A stretch of DNA of 42,119 nucleotides from Capsulimonadales bacterium (GTDB lineage: Bacteria > Armatimonadota > Armatimonadia > Armatimonadales > Armatimonadaceae): contig JANRLW010000102.1 of NCBI GenBank assembly GCA_033762295.1, positions 1-42,119 of the forward strand, in the 5' to 3' direction. The stretch's first letter is position 1. Every line of letters begins with the position of its first letter. The notes beneath the pieces are model-generated. The model ran no database searches. It was not told the DNA's origin and saw only the letters and a program-made list of their open reading frames with translations. A program made the translations under genes and the position numbers. Positions 9,003 through 18,765 of the stretch are shown here, piece by piece.

Positions 9003-10094
9003 TCAGGGTTTCACGGCCTTCCGATACATTTCCAGGCGCGCCGCGATCTCGGCGTCCCCTTCCATGGCCGTTCCCTTGGCGTAGGCGACGGCCTTTTCCT
9101 GGGTCGCCAGAGCGTTTTTCCGGTCGCCGTTATCGAAATACGCCTTCGCCAGCGTATCCAGAATTTCGGGCTTCTTTCCGCCGGTCAGTTCGTTCGCTCG
9201 CTTCGCCGCCGTCAGCGCCATCGCCTGCGCGTTCTTCGTCGGCTTGCGGCGGGCCGCCGGATCGACGATTCCCCAGGCGATCGAGTTCAACTGATCCGGA
9301 TCGTCCTTGAAGACGACGGTCACCAGACGTTTCAGGTACCCGTCCGCCGCTTCCGCGTCGCCGGAACGAATCAGCGTCGAATACTTCGCGTTCCCGAGCG
9401 TCGTTTCCATCTTCGGGTCTTCGGCGATGGCGGCATCCAGAACCGAAACGGCCTTCTTGAAATCGCCGTCCTTGGTCGCCGCCGAGTAATCGGCGCCAAT
9501 CGCCTGCATCTTGCGTTCCATCGCCGCGCGGGTTCGGAACTCCTCCGCCGCCTTGGTAACGTCCCACTTGCCCTCGACGATGTCCGCCAGCGGTTTGTCC
9601 ATCGTCATCGGATGGCCGATCCAGGCCACCTTGCCCTCGCCGTTCACCACGAACGCCGTCGGAATCCCGTTCTGGGCCGCCGCCGTCATCCAGTTCTTCG
9701 CCATCGCGCCCGCGTTGCCGTTCCCGCCCTCCGGGACGATATCGGACGCGACGGTGTAGTTCATCTTTTCACCCATCTCGGCGACGAACGGTTTGACGCG
9801 GGACTGGTCGTTCTCCCAGACCGAGACCCCGATGAACCGGACGTTCGGGTACTTTTTTTGAAGCTGGGTCAGGTGGGGAATCGAGGTCCGGCACGGTCCG
9901 CACCAGGTCGCCCAGAACTCCACCACGTAGATTTTCCCCGATTCGAAAGCGGTGACCGGTTCGCCCTTGATCCACTCCTTCACCTCGATCTTCGGGGCGG
10001 TATCGCCGACATTCAACTCACCGGCGAAAACCGGCCGAACCCCCGCCGCCAGAATCATCGCGGTCAACGCCGCAAGTAAGGTCCGTCGTTTCAA
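9003..10094 (-). CDS. exported TlpA/redoxin-family thioredoxin with C-terminal TPR-like region
   Basis: VEFWATWCGPC, GIPTAFVV and a signal peptide. TTG start at 10094 chosen because it follows GGAGGA, while the upstream ATG (10127) overlaps a TATAAT box. Confidence 0.88.
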   Translation of the reverse strand: MKRRTLLAALTAMILAAGVRPVFAGELNVGDTAPKIEVKEWIKGEPVTAFESGKIYVVEFWATWCGPCRTSIPHLTQLQKKYPNVRFIGVSVWENDQSRVKPFVAEMGEKMNYTVASDIVPEGGNGNAGAMAKNWMTAAAQNGIPTAFVVNGEGKVAWIGHPMTMDKPLADIVEGKWDVTKAAEEFRTRAAMERKMQAIGADYSAATKDGDFKKAVSVLDAAIAEDPKMETTLGNAKYSTLIRSGDAEAADGYLKRLVTVVFKDDPDQLNSIAWGIVDPAARRKPTKNAQAMALTAAKRANELTGGKKPEILDTLAKAYFDNGDRKNALATQEKAVAYAKGTAMEGDAEIAARLEMYRKAVKP

Positions 10095-10194
10095 CTTTTC
10101 CCATCCTCCATAAAGTCGTTGTTTCATTATACGCGGAAAATCTGCCTGCCCCGGTTTTGCGACCGTTCCCTTCATAAATTTGAGAACGATACGA

Positions 10195-11985
10195 TCAGGC
10201 GGACAGACCGACAGCGTTCAGCCACTCCGCCATTTTCCTCGCCCGCACGGCGTCCTCCGTCGGTATCGCCAGCGGACGACCCCGACCGTCCAGCATCAGT
10301 CCGACCGTTCCGCCCTCCGCGACAAACGACTGCGGCCGGCCTTTGCCCGCCCCGATATCGAAACGTGGCGACGGTTCGACCGTCACACTCACCGTCTCAT
10401 TCAATCCGAGCGGAATCCGTTTCAATTCCCCGAACCGGACCGCCACCGAATCGTTCCCGATGCGTACCGTCATGCACGGCTCGCCCTCCGACGCCACGCC
10501 GACCGGCGCAAAACAGTCCCCCAGTTTGATCAGGCAGTCCCGTTCGAAGACCTGCGTCGCCGCCTCCGGCAACAGCGTCGATAAAATGCCCAGTTGCGGC
10601 ATCATGAAGATACTGTCCTTCGCCAGCGTCGTCCGGCCTTCCGGCGCGTAGGCGTCCAGCAGCATCAACGCCGTCTGCGCCATCTCCGGGGCATGCGCCA
10701 GCACGCCTCCGGAACCGACGATCATATCCAGCGTCATCATATTGACCAGCGTTCTTCCGGTGCCACGCTGTTCGAACAGGTCGCCGACCGTCCGCTCCTG
10801 CTGAACGCCGACCATTTCGCGGGCGAGTGACTTGTGATGGACGAACGCCAGTCGAAGCGCCTCTCGCGCCGCCGCCTGCTCGATCTGCAGGTCCCTCAAC
10901 GTCTGCGGGATCGTCGTCGGACGGATCATCTTGTTCCGCAACTGATTGCGGATATACGCGTCCGTCTCCTCGAACGGCAGCCACCGCAGGATATTCGGCA
11001 GTCCGGCCTCCGTCAGAACATTACAGATGGAGTAGGACATACCCAGGTTCGCCGAGACGGTACGGGTGTGGATTCCCCGAAAAACCGAAAAGACGTCGGT
11101 GGTCGCCCCGCCGATATCGACGCCGAGAATGTTGATGCCACGCTCACGGGCGATCGTTTCCATGATCTTGCCCACCGCGTTCGGAGTTGACATGATTCCC
11201 GCCGAGGTCCAGGTCGTCAGTTTCCCGTAACCGGGCGCCTGCTGCATGACGTGTTCGAGAAACAGTTCGTGGATCGCTTCGCGCGCCGGTCCCAGTTCCT
11301 CGAAATCCATGGTCGGACGGAGGTTGGAAACCGTCCTCAGATCGACCGTGTCCGCCAGCGTGCCGAGAACGGCTTCGGTCATCCGTTCGCTTCCCGCATA
11401 GATCACCGGCAGTTTCAGTCCGATTCCGAGGCGAGGACGCGGGTCGGCGGAGCGGAGCAGTTCGGCGATCTCCTGCACCTGCGGCACCATCCCTCCGTCG
11501 TTCGTGCCCCCGGCCAGCAAGATCATGTCGGGCCGAAGCGAACGTAGCCGTTCCACCTTCTCGAAATCCTTCCGGCCATCATTGATCGCGATCTGGTCAA
11601 TCACGATGGCGCCCGCCCCCAGTGCGGCCCGCGCCGCCGACTCGGTCGACATCTCCCGCACCACCCCCGCCACCGTCATCTGTAAACCGCCGCCCGCCGA
11701 CGACGTCGACAGGTACAGGTCGACCCCCGTGCGATCGTCGGTGGCCGGAGTCCGCACCTTGCCGGAATCCGACAGAAGCGTCTTCCCGGAAAGCTCCTCC
11801 ACCTCGCGAACCGCGTTGGTCACCCCGACCGTCACGTCGTCGAACGGCGCTTCGACCGTGGTCGGAGCCTCGCCGCGCACTGTCAGCCGGTATTCACCGT
11901 CCGGCTGGCGTTCGATCAAAATCGCTTTCGTCGTCGTGGAACCGCAATCGGTCGCCAGTATGGAGCGTACTTCGGTTTCGGGCAT
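10195..11985 (-). CDS. GlmL/MutL-like (glutamate mutase L family) ASKHA ATPase
   Basis: TDCGSTTTK and GVDIGGATTDVFS phosphate loops, STSSAGGGL, RAALGAGA, RPDMILLAGGT, RTVSANLGMSYS. Confidence 0.85.
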   Translation of the reverse strand: MPETEVRSILATDCGSTTTKAILIERQPDGEYRLTVRGEAPTTVEAPFDDVTVGVTNAVREVEELSGKTLLSDSGKVRTPATDDRTGVDLYLSTSSAGGGLQMTVAGVVREMSTESAARAALGAGAIVIDQIAINDGRKDFEKVERLRSLRPDMILLAGGTNDGGMVPQVQEIAELLRSADPRPRLGIGLKLPVIYAGSERMTEAVLGTLADTVDLRTVSNLRPTMDFEELGPAREAIHELFLEHVMQQAPGYGKLTTWTSAGIMSTPNAVGKIMETIARERGINILGVDIGGATTDVFSVFRGIHTRTVSANLGMSYSICNVLTEAGLPNILRWLPFEETDAYIRNQLRNKMIRPTTIPQTLRDLQIEQAAAREALRLAFVHHKSLAREMVGVQQERTVGDLFEQRGTGRTLVNMMTLDMIVGSGGVLAHAPEMAQTALMLLDAYAPEGRTTLAKDSIFMMPQLGILSTLLPEAATQVFERDCLIKLGDCFAPVGVASEGEPCMTVRIGNDSVAVRFGELKRIPLGLNETVSVTVEPSPRFDIGAGKGRPQSFVAEGGTVGLMLDGRGRPLAIPTEDAVRARKMAEWLNAVGLSA

Positions 11986-12127
11986 GGTCCGCAGTTCCCC
12001 GCCTTCCGGGGGATTTCCTTCTCTCTCGCCGTCCGGTTTCGCCTGTGCCGTCCATCCCGCCCATACCGTCCGGTCGTCGCGTATGCTATACTCTCCCTCA
12101 GAGCTTTATCGGAAAGTAACCGTTTTT

Positions 12128-13738
12128 ATGAACGAACCGACCCTGTCGACGGAAACGCCGTCGATCTCCCATTCCGGCATCGTGCCCGAACGTCTGGCCA
12201 AGCTGAACGCCCTGCGCGAGGCGGGCCACGACCCGTTCGGCCCCGAAACCTTCGAACGGACCCATTCCGTGACCGCCATCCGCGATCAGTTCGAGACCCT
12301 CGACGGCGCGACCGTCCGCATCGCCGGACGGGTCGTCTCCGCCCGCGGCAACTTCCTCGACCTTCTGGACGAATCGGGCCGCGGACAGGTCTACCTCAGC
12401 GAAGAGGACCTGGCCGATTACGCGCTGATCAAGGATCACCTGGACCTGGGCGATTTTCTCGGAATCGAGGGCTATGCCTTTGAAACGAAGAAGGGCGACA
12501 AAGCGCTCCACGCCCGATCCGTCACCTTTCTCGCCAAGGCCCTGCGTGACGTCGGCGGTGCCCTCGGCAAGGAGTACCGGGACAAAACCAGCGGCGAAAT
12601 GCGGGTGAAGGACCGGCTTTCCGATCCCGAACTGCGCCAGAGGATGCGGTATGTCGACCTGTTCGTCAACCGCGAGGCGCGAGACATTCTGGTCCGCCGC
12701 ATCAAACTCACCCGCGCCGTCCGCGAGTTCCTCGACGCCGAAGGCTTTCTGGAGGTGGAAACGCCGGTTCTCCAGGCCGAGGCCGGCGGCGCGTCCGCGC
12801 GCCCCTTCGACACGCACCACAACGCCCTCGATATTCCGCTCCACCTGCGCATCAGCCTGGAACTCTATCTGAAGCGGCTGATCGTCGGCGGACTGGAAAA
12901 AGTGTACGAAATCGGACGCGTCTTCCGAAACGAGGGAACGTCCACCCGGCACAACCCGGAATTCACCCTGCTCGAACTGTACCAGGCCTACACCAACCTG
13001 GAAGGCATGATGGATATCGTGGAACGCATGTTCCGACACATCTGCCGTACCCTCACCGGCGGCGATACCCTCACCACCGCCGAACGTGCCGGATTTCTCA
13101 CGCCCCCGCACGTGCTGGATTTCTCACGCCCCTGGGCGCGGCTATCGATGCTCGACGGCATCCGTCAGTACGCCGGAATCGAACCGGACGCCTTCCTCAC
13201 CCTGGAAACGGCGCGGGATGCCGTCGCCGTCGCCAATCGCCGCCTCCGCGTCGATGCAAGAATCGATCCGGCGCGGGAAAACAGCATCGGCGGCATCATC
13301 GAGAAGCTTCACGAGGTCTTTACGCAGCCCAACCTGATCCAGCCGACTTTCATCACCGACTTTCCGCTGGAAACATCGCCCCTTGCCCGAAAACGGCCGG
13401 ATAACCCACGGCTGACCCGACGGTTCGAGGCCTACATACTGGGATATGAATGCGGTAACGCCTTTTCCGAGATCAACGATCCGCTGGATCAGCGAGAGCG
13501 GTTCGAATACCAGGTGACCCAGAAGGCGGCCGGGGACCCTGAGGCCCACCCGATGGACGAGGATTTCCTTCGGGCTCTCGAATACGGAATGCCGCCGACC
13601 GGCGGGTTCGGCATGGGAATGGATCGGGTCGCCATGGTCTTTACCGGCGCGGAAACGATTCGGGAAGTGATCTTCTTTCCCCTGCTGCGGCCCGAACGCC
13701 ATGGCGGCGCGGAAAGCCGGGACGAAGAAACCGAGTAG
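12128..13738 (+). CDS. lysS: class II lysine--tRNA ligase
   Basis: RYVDL, FLEVETP, GGASARPF, LRISLELYLKRL, FRNEG-STRHNPEFT, LEYGMPPTGG; extended -10 TGcTATACT at 12084-12092. Confidence 0.97.
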   Translation: MNEPTLSTETPSISHSGIVPERLAKLNALREAGHDPFGPETFERTHSVTAIRDQFETLDGATVRIAGRVVSARGNFLDLLDESGRGQVYLSEEDLADYALIKDHLDLGDFLGIEGYAFETKKGDKALHARSVTFLAKALRDVGGALGKEYRDKTSGEMRVKDRLSDPELRQRMRYVDLFVNREARDILVRRIKLTRAVREFLDAEGFLEVETPVLQAEAGGASARPFDTHHNALDIPLHLRISLELYLKRLIVGGLEKVYEIGRVFRNEGTSTRHNPEFTLLELYQAYTNLEGMMDIVERMFRHICRTLTGGDTLTTAERAGFLTPPHVLDFSRPWARLSMLDGIRQYAGIEPDAFLTLETARDAVAVANRRLRVDARIDPARENSIGGIIEKLHEVFTQPNLIQPTFITDFPLETSPLARKRPDNPRLTRRFEAYILGYECGNAFSEINDPLDQRERFEYQVTQKAAGDPEAHPMDEDFLRALEYGMPPTGGFGMGMDRVAMVFTGAETIREVIFFPLLRPERHGGAESRDEETE

Positions 13739-13743
13739 CGGCG

Positions 13744-14778
13744 ATGCCTTCCGCAGGTTCTCGAAAGCGCCGTGCCCTGGTCGCGCTTCTCCTGCTCGTT
13801 CCCGTCGCAGGCGGCCTGGCCCTTGCTCTGACGCCGCCGCCGTTGCCACCCGGCGCTTACCGCCGGGTCGCGAACCGGATCGCGGTCGCCTCAGTCGCAT
13901 TCACGCCCGACAGCCTCCGACTGGCGACCGTCGGCTGGGACGGTCGCCTGCGATTCCTCGACTGTGCGACGGGACGCATCGTCGAGGACCGACCGCTGCT
14001 GCGGGTTCCCCAGTATGACATCGCCGTCGCACCCGACGGCGGGGAGGTGACCGCCGCCAGCGTCCATTTCCCCGTCGCCCGCTGGTCGGTCTCCGACAAA
14101 ACGTTTGCCGCTCGCCCTCTCTGGCCTGCCACCGTCGCCGGAACCGTCCGTTACTCTCCCACCGGTCGACTTCTCGCCGCCTCCGGGATGCGGAACGCGA
14201 CCGTGGTCGTCTGGGATACCCGAACCGGCAAGCCGCGATTCGCCCTCACCGGACACCGGAATTATGTCAGCGGACTCGCCTTCTCCCCCGACGGTCAGTC
14301 TCTCGCCACCACCGACGCGCACGGCGTTCATCTTTTTGATACGGAAAACGGAAAGAAACTCCGCTCCTGGGACGCTCTGTACCCGAACTTCGTCGCCTTC
14401 TCTCCGGCAGGCGACCGGATCGCCTTCGGCGGACCCCTGACCGATGTGCGAATCGCGACGGCGGACGGAAAAGGCGCTCCGACGGTGATTCCGGAGACCG
14501 AGGTTCATCGTGCGGTTTTTGCGCCGGATGGCAACACCCTGATCATCGCCCGTGATTCCGAAGTGCTTGCCTGCGACCTTTCGGGGAGGATTCGACGGAA
14601 CATCGCGCCGAACCCGAAACCGCCGACGTTCCTGATGCGTATCCTTCCACCGCTGCGACGGCTGCAGCGACTGCCGATCGCCGCCCTGGCCTTCTCCCCG
14701 AACGGTCGGTACTTCGCCTTCGCCTTCGGGGAAAATGTCGTCGTGATCCCGACCGGCGCACTGAAACTGAACCCCTGA
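13744..14778 (+). CDS. membrane-anchored/secreted WD40 beta-propeller protein
   Basis: N-terminal hydrophobic segment; repeated FSPDG/FTPDS/YSPTG and WD/FD motifs; LTGHRNYVSGLAFSPDG. Confidence 0.85.
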   Translation: MPSAGSRKRRALVALLLLVPVAGGLALALTPPPLPPGAYRRVANRIAVASVAFTPDSLRLATVGWDGRLRFLDCATGRIVEDRPLLRVPQYDIAVAPDGGEVTAASVHFPVARWSVSDKTFAARPLWPATVAGTVRYSPTGRLLAASGMRNATVVVWDTRTGKPRFALTGHRNYVSGLAFSPDGQSLATTDAHGVHLFDTENGKKLRSWDALYPNFVAFSPAGDRIAFGGPLTDVRIATADGKGAPTVIPETEVHRAVFAPDGNTLIIARDSEVLACDLSGRIRRNIAPNPKPPTFLMRILPPLRRLQRLPIAALAFSPNGRYFAFAFGENVVVIPTGALKLNP

Positions 14779-14793
14779 AAAAAGGAAAAAACC

Positions 14794-15903
14794 ATGCCCG
14801 ATCCTCGTAATGCAAAACTGGCGGACGTATTGATTCGCCACTCCCTTCGACTCGAACCCGGCGAGAAGGTGCTGGTCGAAGCGGTCGACGTGCCCGATGA
14901 GATCGTCACGGCAATCGTCGATCGAATCTATGCCGCCGAAGCGATCCCGTTCGTCGAACTCCGATCCGCCACCGTCCTTCGCGCCCTCTACCGTCAGGCA
15001 TCCGACCCGCAAACGGAGATCCGCGCCCGGCACGAACTGGCACGCATGAAAGATATGGATGCCTATATCGCCGTTCGGGGCAGCCACAACGCCCTGGAAC
15101 TGGTCGATGTTCCCGCCGAAAAGATGCGGATCGTGCAGGGAGGGATGCGCGAGGTGCAGGATTATCGGGTCGGCAAAACCAACTGGGTCGTCCTGCGCTA
15201 TCCCTCACCGGCATTCGCCCAGAGCGCCAATATGTCCACCGAGCAGTTTACCGATTTCTTTTTCGACGTCTGCACACTGGACTATGGGAAGATGGAAATC
15301 GCCCAGCAGCCGCTGAAGGAACGTATGGAGAAAGCCGACCGCGTTCGTATCGTCGGCCCCGGCACCGATCTGACCTTTTCCATCCGCGGAATCGGCGCAC
15401 AGATCTGCAGCGGACTGCGAAACATACCTGATGGAGAGTGCTTCACCTGCCCGACCATCGATAGCGCGAACGGGGAGATTTTCCTCAACGCTCCCACCTC
15501 CTACCAGGGGAAACCGTTCGATTCCATCCGCCTTGTCCTGAAGGACGGCGTCATTACCGAAGCGACCGCCAGCGACACCCCCGGCCTCAATAAGATTCTC
15601 GACAGCGACGAGGGCGCGCGCCGAATCGGGGAGTTTTCCCTTGGCTTCAATCCCTATATCCTGCAGCCGATGCGCGACACGCTCTTCGACGAGAAGATCG
15701 CCGGCTCGTTCCACTTTACCCCCGGCAAAGCGTACGACCGACCCGGCAACGGCAACCACAGCCAGATTCACTGGGACATGGTCTGCATTCAGCGACCGGA
15801 GTTCGGGGGCGGAGAGGTTTGGTTCGACGACGAACTGATCCGCAAGGACGGCCTGTTCGTCCCCGAGGACCTTCTCGGACTGAACCCGGAAAACCTGATC
15901 TGA
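14794..15903 (+). CDS. aminopeptidase, M29 (AmpS/aminopeptidase T) family
   Basis: NIPDGECFTCP, GARRIGEFSLG, TLFDEKIAGSFH, SQIHWDMV. Confidence 0.93.
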   Translation: MPDPRNAKLADVLIRHSLRLEPGEKVLVEAVDVPDEIVTAIVDRIYAAEAIPFVELRSATVLRALYRQASDPQTEIRARHELARMKDMDAYIAVRGSHNALELVDVPAEKMRIVQGGMREVQDYRVGKTNWVVLRYPSPAFAQSANMSTEQFTDFFFDVCTLDYGKMEIAQQPLKERMEKADRVRIVGPGTDLTFSIRGIGAQICSGLRNIPDGECFTCPTIDSANGEIFLNAPTSYQGKPFDSIRLVLKDGVITEATASDTPGLNKILDSDEGARRIGEFSLGFNPYILQPMRDTLFDEKIAGSFHFTPGKAYDRPGNGNHSQIHWDMVCIQRPEFGGGEVWFDDELIRKDGLFVPEDLLGLNPENLI

Positions 15904-15974
15904 ACGAAAACGGCAATTGGGTGGCGGTAACCGACCGACAGTGGCACAATAGCAAAAACGACAGGTCGGTTCCC

Positions 15975-17009
15975 ATGCCCGTTCTCGCCCGCCATTTCAT
16001 TCTCGATCGTCCACCCTTTGTGGAATGCCATGCCGTCACCGTCGCCGAAACGCGCCGAGGTCCTCTCGCCGCCTTCTTTGCCGGTCCCTACGAACGCCAT
16101 CCCGAGGTCGGTATCCGGACGGCGCTTTTCGACGGCGAACGGTGGCTGGCCTCCTACGAAGTCGCCAACGGCCTGCAACCGGACGGAGAGCGGTTTCCGA
16201 CCTGGAATCCGGTTCTCTTCCCCCTGCCCGACGGCGAACTGCTCCTTTTCTATAAGGTAGGTCCCAGTCCCGAGACCTGGTGGGGTATGCTCCTCCGCTC
16301 GACGGACGATGGCCGGACCTGGTCGGAACCGGAACGCCTGCCCGACGGAATTCTAGGCCCGATCAAAAACAAGCCGATCCTGCTGGCCGATGGAACGCTG
16401 CTCTGCCCCTCGAGCAAAGAGGAACCGGACGGCTACCATATCTGCTTTGAGCGATCGCCGGACGGCGGCCGGACCTGGGAATCGACCGGTCCCCTCCATC
16501 CGACCGGGCATCCCAATGTCATCCAGCCGACGGTTTTCACGCTGAACGACGGCTCCCTGTTGAGCTTCGGACGTACGCATCACGAAGGCTTCACCGCCGA
16601 AACACGCTCCGTCGATGGCGGTCGTACCTGGTCCCCGGTGGTGCTCAACTCCCTGCCCAATCCGAACAGCGGCCTCGACGGCGTGACTCTGCGGGACGGA
16701 CGGCACCTGCTCGTCTACAATCACGGGGTCATTCCGCCCGGCGGATGGACGCAGCGGTCTCCGTTGAATGTGACCCTCTCCGAGGATGGAACGAACTGGT
16801 CGGCCGCTCTGATCCTCGAATCCGAGGAGGGAGAATTTTCCTACCCGGCGGTGATACAAATGCGGGACGGTTCCGTCCTGATCGCCTACACCTGGAATCG
16901 ACGGAATCTGGTGTCCGTCGTATTGGACCCCGACCAACTCGTTCCGGTGCCGATCCGGGACGGTGTCTGGCCGGACGGCGTCCCACGGGTCGTCACCGGC
17001 GCGGCTTGA
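15975..17009 (+). CDS. BNR/Asp-box sialidase-family protein
   Basis: Asp boxes STDDGRTWS, SPDGGRTWE, SVDGGRTWS, SEDGTNWS; GPIKNKP, LPNPNSG, EFSYPAV. Confidence 0.88.
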   Translation: MPVLARHFILDRPPFVECHAVTVAETRRGPLAAFFAGPYERHPEVGIRTALFDGERWLASYEVANGLQPDGERFPTWNPVLFPLPDGELLLFYKVGPSPETWWGMLLRSTDDGRTWSEPERLPDGILGPIKNKPILLADGTLLCPSSKEEPDGYHICFERSPDGGRTWESTGPLHPTGHPNVIQPTVFTLNDGSLLSFGRTHHEGFTAETRSVDGGRTWSPVVLNSLPNPNSGLDGVTLRDGRHLLVYNHGVIPPGGWTQRSPLNVTLSEDGTNWSAALILESEEGEFSYPAVIQMRDGSVLIAYTWNRRNLVSVVLDPDQLVPVPIRDGVWPDGVPRVVTGAA

Positions 17010-18717
17010 TGTCCTTTAACTGGATCTGAACGGTGACGCTGCCGCGCCATTCGTTCACTTTCGGGGAATAGGCGATATCGATCTCCTCGCCGACCGACAG
17101 ACCGTCCGCACGCTCTCCGTTGCGGAACCAGACGGCCCGAAGGGGCCGATCCGAACCCGGCAGAAGAAGGTCAGCCTGGAAGGTGTTCCGGTCCTGGCCC
17201 ACACGGCGGACCTGGATGATTTCGACGCCCCGCGTCATGAAGGTCGGTTCCGGGTTATCACAGCCGTAGGGTTCGAGAAGAGACAACTGCTCAATGAATC
17301 CGAGCGTCAGCGCCCGGCCATCGGTGATTTCCGCGTCGATCGGGAGAATCACCGGGCCGGGTTCCGGCTCGATGTACTCCGCGGCAATCTCGTTCATCCG
17401 CTGGCGGAACGCCTCCAGATTCGCAGCAGCCACCGTCACCCCGGCGGCCTGCGAGTGCCCGCCGTAACGCGCCAGAAGATCATCGCACTGCGCCAGCGCC
17501 GTATGCAGCGGGAAACCGCCGAAGGAGCGGGCCGAACCGACAAAGGCGTCGATCTCCCCGCTGTACGCCAGGAGAATCACCGGCCGACGACAGGCTTCGA
17601 CGACCCGGTTCGCCGCGATACCGATGACCCCCTTGCCCCACCGCTCTCTCGCCAGAACGAGGACCCGGTCGCTGAGAAACTCGTCGGACAGGGCGACCGT
17701 CAGCGCTTCCGTCGTCACACGCGCCGATTCGGTTTTGCTCTGCTCGCGCAGAGCCGCCAGGTGCGCGGTCAACTGCTCCGCTTCGTCCGCATCACCGGTG
17801 ACGAGAAGACGAAAGGCCAGTTCCGCCTCCTCCATACGACCTGCGGCGTTCAAACAGGGACCGATCGACCACCCGATGTTCTCCGCGGTCACCGGCTTTC
17901 CCTCCAGTTTCAGGGACTGGAGTAGCGTTCGCAACCCCTTTTTCGTCGTCTCGGTCAGGGTTCGCAAACCATGAGAGACGAGAATCCGGTTCTCGCCGAC
18001 CAGCGGGGTCATATCAGCCACCGTTCCCAGGGCGACGAGGTCGAGGTACTTCATCCGAAAGGAACGACGCGCGGTCGGACGACGGTGGCCGATCAGCGCA
18101 TCCATCAGTTTGAACAGGACGCCCGCACCGCAGAGCGACCGGAACGGAATCTCGGCATCCTCCCGGTACGGATTGACGATCGCGAGGGCGGGCGGTAGCA
18201 TCTCGCCCGGACGGTGGTGGTCGGTGATCAGGACGTCCAGGCCCAGTTCGTTCGCCCGTTCGACCGCCGCGACCGCACGCGTCCCGCAGTCCGCCGTCAG
18301 AATCAGCGACGCGCCCTTTTCCTTCGCTTTTTCCACCCCGACGATTTGAAGATCGTAGCCGTCCGAACGCCTCGGAATATGCGGGATGACATTCGCTCCC
18401 ATCGCCGACAACGCCCGAAGCCCGAGCGCAGTGGACGTGACGCCGTCGGCATCGTAGTCGCCGTGCAGGAAGATGGTTTCCCCGGAATCGATCGCCCGGT
18501 TCAAACGCGCGACCGCCGTCTCCATATCCGGCAGCAGCATCGGATCGAACAGATCGTCGAGGCAGGGATTGAGGAAAGCATCCGCCGCTTCCGGGGTTCG
18601 AATATCGCGACGGAGCAGCAAAACCGCGGTCAGACGCGAGACGCCAAGTGCGGCGGAGATCGCCTCCGCCGCCCCCGGCTCGTCCTCGTTCAGTTGCCAG
18701 ATGACATCATTTTCCAA
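16993..18717 (-). CDS. recJ: single-stranded-DNA-specific exonuclease RecJ
   Basis: HGDYDADG, TADCG, TDHH, LGTVADM, NAAGRM, GSARS, GGHSQAAG, LEPYG..NPEP. Confidence 0.97.
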   Translation of the reverse strand: MENDVIWQLNEDEPGAAEAISAALGVSRLTAVLLLRRDIRTPEAADAFLNPCLDDLFDPMLLPDMETAVARLNRAIDSGETIFLHGDYDADGVTSTALGLRALSAMGANVIPHIPRRSDGYDLQIVGVEKAKEKGASLILTADCGTRAVAAVERANELGLDVLITDHHRPGEMLPPALAIVNPYREDAEIPFRSLCGAGVLFKLMDALIGHRRPTARRSFRMKYLDLVALGTVADMTPLVGENRILVSHGLRTLTETTKKGLRTLLQSLKLEGKPVTAENIGWSIGPCLNAAGRMEEAELAFRLLVTGDADEAEQLTAHLAALREQSKTESARVTTEALTVALSDEFLSDRVLVLARERWGKGVIGIAANRVVEACRRPVILLAYSGEIDAFVGSARSFGGFPLHTALAQCDDLLARYGGHSQAAGVTVAAANLEAFRQRMNEIAAEYIEPEPGPVILPIDAEITDGRALTLGFIEQLSLLEPYGCDNPEPTFMTRGVEIIQVRRVGQDRNTFQADLLLPGSDRPLRAVWFRNGERADGLSVGEEIDIAYSPKVNEWRGSVTVQIQLKDIKPRR

Positions 18718-18765
18718 AGTTTTGGCAAAGCACTCCTGCGTCGGGCCGTGGCCGGAAAGCCGCCG

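Noticed and set aside
11504..12127. N-terminal extension of the 744-aa lysS ORF
   Set aside because: It is antisense to the GlmL-like gene; LysRS similarity starts after ATG 12128, downstream of a -10 box.
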